DNA from: an uncultured Lachnospiraceae bacterium
GTDB taxonomy: Bacteria > Bacillota > Clostridia > Lachnospirales > Lachnospiraceae
DNA: 64,000 nucleotides
Direction of reading: 5' to 3'
Assembly (NCBI GenBank): GCA_937894905.1
Contig: CALAWD010000076.1
Location: 22,600-86,599 of the forward strand
Shown: positions 61,328 through 64,000 of the stretch, piece after piece
How positions within the stretch are numbered: position 1 is the first letter of the stretch
How the letters are laid out: the number at the start of each line of letters is the position of its first letter
Made by a program: the position numbers and the translations under genes
The notes under the pieces: generated by a model
Databases searched by the model: none
What the model was told of the DNA's origin: nothing
Seen by the model: the letters and a program-made list of their open reading frames with translations, nothing else

Positions 61328-63196
61328 ATGAGAAAGCTTGCATTATCAGATGAGATTTTAATGAGTATCGAAAAACCTGCCAGATATATCGGAGGGGAAT
61401 ATAACAGTGTCATGAAGGACAAGGAGCAGGTCGATGTCAGATTTTGCATGTGTTTCCCGGATGTATATGAGATCGGAATGTCCCATCTCGGCATCCAGAT
61501 TTTATATGACATGTTCAACCGGAGAGAAGATACCTGGTGTGAACGTGTCTATTCTCCGTGGCCGGATCTGCACAAAATAATGAAAGAGCAGCATATTCCG
61601 TTATTTGCACTGGAGTCTCAGGAGCCTTTAAAGGATTTTGGTTTCCTAGGTATCACTCTTCAGTATGAAATGTGTTATACGAATATCTTGCAGGTGCTTG
61701 ATCTGGCTGAGATTCCGATCTGGTCGAAAGACCGGAAAAAAGGGGACCCGATCGTGATCGCAGGTGGTCCCTGTTCTTATAATCCAGAACCGATCGCTGA
61801 TTTCTTTGATATTTTCTATATCGGAGAGGGCGAGACGGTGTATGGTGATCTGATCGAATTATATAAGATCTATAAACATTCCGATATGACAAGAGAAGAA
61901 TTCCTGATCAAGGTATCACAGATTCCGGGGCTTTATGTGCCGGCTCTTTATGATGTCACTTATCATGAGGATGGAACGATCGCATCCTTTGGACCGAAAT
62001 ATGAAGGCGTTCCAAAGACGATTCTGAAACAGGTGGTTACGGATATGTCATCTGCTGTCTATCCGGAGAAGCCGGTTGTTTCTTATATGAAGGTTACACA
62101 GGATCGTGTTGTACTTGAGATCATGCGTGGCTGTATCCGTGGATGCCGGTTCTGTCAGGCGGGTATGATCTATCGTCCGACCAGACCGAAGGATGTAAAC
62201 GTGTTAAAGCATTACGCAGAGTGTATGCTAGATAATACCGGTCAGGAGGAGATCACCTTCAGTTCACTTAGTTCGAGTGATTATCAGTCACTTCCTGAGC
62301 TTACGGATTGCTTGATCGAGAAAATGGACAACAATCATGTCAATATCTCCCTGCCATCCCTCAGAATCGATGCATTTTCCCTTGATGTTATGCAGAAGAT
62401 TCAGGATATCAAGAAAAATTCCCTGACATTTGCACCGGAAGCCGGAACACAGCGATTAAGAAATGTTATAAATAAAGGCCTGACAAAAGAGAATATATTA
62501 AATGGTTCTTTACAGGCTTTTCTCGGCGGCTGGAATAAGGTCAAGCTGTACTTTATGATGGGGCTTCCAACAGAGACGTATGATGATATTACAGGTATTG
62601 CAGATCTCTCAGAGGAGATCAGTGAACTGTATTTTGCAAATATCCCCAAAGAGAAACGGGATGGGCGTGTCATGGTATCGGCTTCCGCGTCTTATTTTGT
62701 TCCGAAACCATTTACTCCATTTCAGTGGGCACCGATGATCACGCCGGAGGAATTCCAGAAGCGTGCGTATTTTGTAAAAGATAAATTCCGTGAAGCAAAG
62801 AACCATAAGAGTCTGAAATTCGCATATCATGAAGCAGATATCACGATCTTAGAAGGGCTGCTTGCCAGAGGCGACCGTAAGCTCTGTCAGGTAATCTACG
62901 ATGTCTATCAGTCCGGGCAGATCTTTGATGCATGGACAGAATATTTTGACAAATCAAACTGGGATAATGCAATGGAAAAGAACCACATCGATATCGGTTT
63001 CTACACATACCGTGACAGAAGCGTAGATGAGATCCTTCCATGGGATTTTATAGATATCGGAGTGACAAGAAAGTTTATGGAAAAGGAATGGGAGCGTGCA
63101 CAGGCAGAGGTTGTTACACCAAACTGCCGGATGCAGTGTTCCGGCTGCGGTGCAGCAAGGTTTGGAGGAGGTGTTTGTTTTGAAAATAAGAATTAA
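61328..63196 (+). CDS. TIGR03960-type B12-binding-domain radical SAM protein
   Basis: KPARYIGGE, FPDVYEIGMSHLG, CIRGCRFC, APEAGT.RLR, KLYFM.GLP. Confidence 0.9.
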   Translation: MRKLALSDEILMSIEKPARYIGGEYNSVMKDKEQVDVRFCMCFPDVYEIGMSHLGIQILYDMFNRREDTWCERVYSPWPDLHKIMKEQHIPLFALESQEPLKDFGFLGITLQYEMCYTNILQVLDLAEIPIWSKDRKKGDPIVIAGGPCSYNPEPIADFFDIFYIGEGETVYGDLIELYKIYKHSDMTREEFLIKVSQIPGLYVPALYDVTYHEDGTIASFGPKYEGVPKTILKQVVTDMSSAVYPEKPVVSYMKVTQDRVVLEIMRGCIRGCRFCQAGMIYRPTRPKDVNVLKHYAECMLDNTGQEEITFSSLSSSDYQSLPELTDCLIEKMDNNHVNISLPSLRIDAFSLDVMQKIQDIKKNSLTFAPEAGTQRLRNVINKGLTKENILNGSLQAFLGGWNKVKLYFMMGLPTETYDDITGIADLSEEISELYFANIPKEKRDGRVMVSASASYFVPKPFTPFQWAPMITPEEFQKRAYFVKDKFREAKNHKSLKFAYHEADITILEGLLARGDRKLCQVIYDVYQSGQIFDAWTEYFDKSNWDNAMEKNHIDIGFYTYRDRSVDEILPWDFIDIGVTRKFMEKEWERAQAEVVTPNCRMQCSGCGAARFGGGVCFENKN

Positions 63197-63869
63197 ATAC
63201 TCCAAGCTTGGAAATCTGAAATTTATCGGTCATCTGGATGTCATGAGATATTTCCAGAAGGAGATTCGCCGGGCAAAGCTGGACATCAGCTATTCCAAAG
63301 GTTATTCACCACATCAGATCATTTCATTTGCAGCACCACTTGCACTTGGCATCACATCAGATGGTGAATATTTTGACGCGGAATTTAATTCCGTGACGAC
63401 TTCTGTTCAAATGATCGAAGCCTTGAATGCAGTGTCCGTTGATGAGATACATGTTACAAAATGTGTGCAGATACCGGAGGATGCGAAGAACGCCATGTCG
63501 ATCGTTGCAGCATCGGACTATCAGATCACATTCCGGGAACAGAATGATCTAAGCGAAAAGCTGCTTGCTTCAGTGGATGAACTGAATAAGCAGGATGAGA
63601 TCATTATATTAAAGAAAACAAAAAAGAGTGAAAAAGAAGAAAATATCCGACCGGGTATTTTAAAGCTGGAACGAAGAGATGACAGTATCTACATGCTGTT
63701 ACAGACCGGAAGTGTCTATAATCTGAAACCGGAATTAGTGGTAAAGGCATTATATGACCTTTGTGGTGAGACCTATGATTTCTTCCAGATCTATATTCAC
63801 CGACTGGAAACGTATTATGACAAAGACGGCTCGTTACAGCCGCTTTATATGGCAGGTGAAGAATTCTGA
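63180..63869 (+). CDS. TIGR03936/DUF2344 radical SAM-linked protein
   Basis: KIRIKY.K.G..KFIGHLD, YS.G..PH..SFA..L..G; TTG start after GGAGG. Confidence 0.88.
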   Translation: MKIRIKYSKLGNLKFIGHLDVMRYFQKEIRRAKLDISYSKGYSPHQIISFAAPLALGITSDGEYFDAEFNSVTTSVQMIEALNAVSVDEIHVTKCVQIPEDAKNAMSIVAASDYQITFREQNDLSEKLLASVDELNKQDEIIILKKTKKSEKEENIRPGILKLERRDDSIYMLLQTGSVYNLKPELVVKALYDLCGETYDFFQIYIHRLETYYDKDGSLQPLYMAGEEF

Positions 63870-64000
63870 TGAATAAACTTGTGATAACAAATTATGAAGA
63901 TCATATACTGGAAGCGGTTTACTCGGATGGAAAACTGTCAGATCTGATGTTATTTGACCGCCAGTCTATCTTATCGAATATCTATGTCGGAAAGGTAGAA
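63869..64000 (+). CDS. Ribonuclease E/G family (5' fragment)
   Basis: MNKLVIT...SILSNIYVGKVE resembles the RNase G S1 start; TGATG coupling; usual synteny. Confidence 0.75.
   Translation, partial: MNKLVITNYEDHILEAVYSDGKLSDLMLFDRQSILSNIYVGKVE

Overview
This 64 kb window is core chromosome from a sporulating, ~40% GC anaerobic Firmicute; gene content and order are Lachnospiraceae-like (inference). About 60 CDSs lie almost all on the + strand. They cover CoA, thiamine, branched-chain and aromatic amino-acid and methionine metabolism, trans-translation (secG-rnr-smpB-ssrA), ribosome biogenesis, sporulation (ylbJ, spoIVA, dpaAB, dac genes), condensin (scpAB, smc), polA and plsX-rnc-smc-ftsY. An uncharacterised ACT/DUF711/radical-SAM/RNase G cluster closes the window. 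RNA elements are tmRNA, tRNA-Ser(CGA), an L19 leader and a Val-specifier T-box. I saw no CRISPR array, transposase, integrase or prophage; the only accessory-looking DNA is an ~1.1 kb AT-rich Fic islet at the tmRNA 3' end. No clearly novel multi-gene system is evident. The best leads are a ~220-nt rod-like structured element between dpaB and asnB, a candidate RNase III autoregulatory hairpin ahead of plsX-rnc, a yraN gene in frame with rnhB that lacks a canonical start, and strong CGATCG enrichment. All calls come from motif recognition by eye; no searches or folding programs were run.
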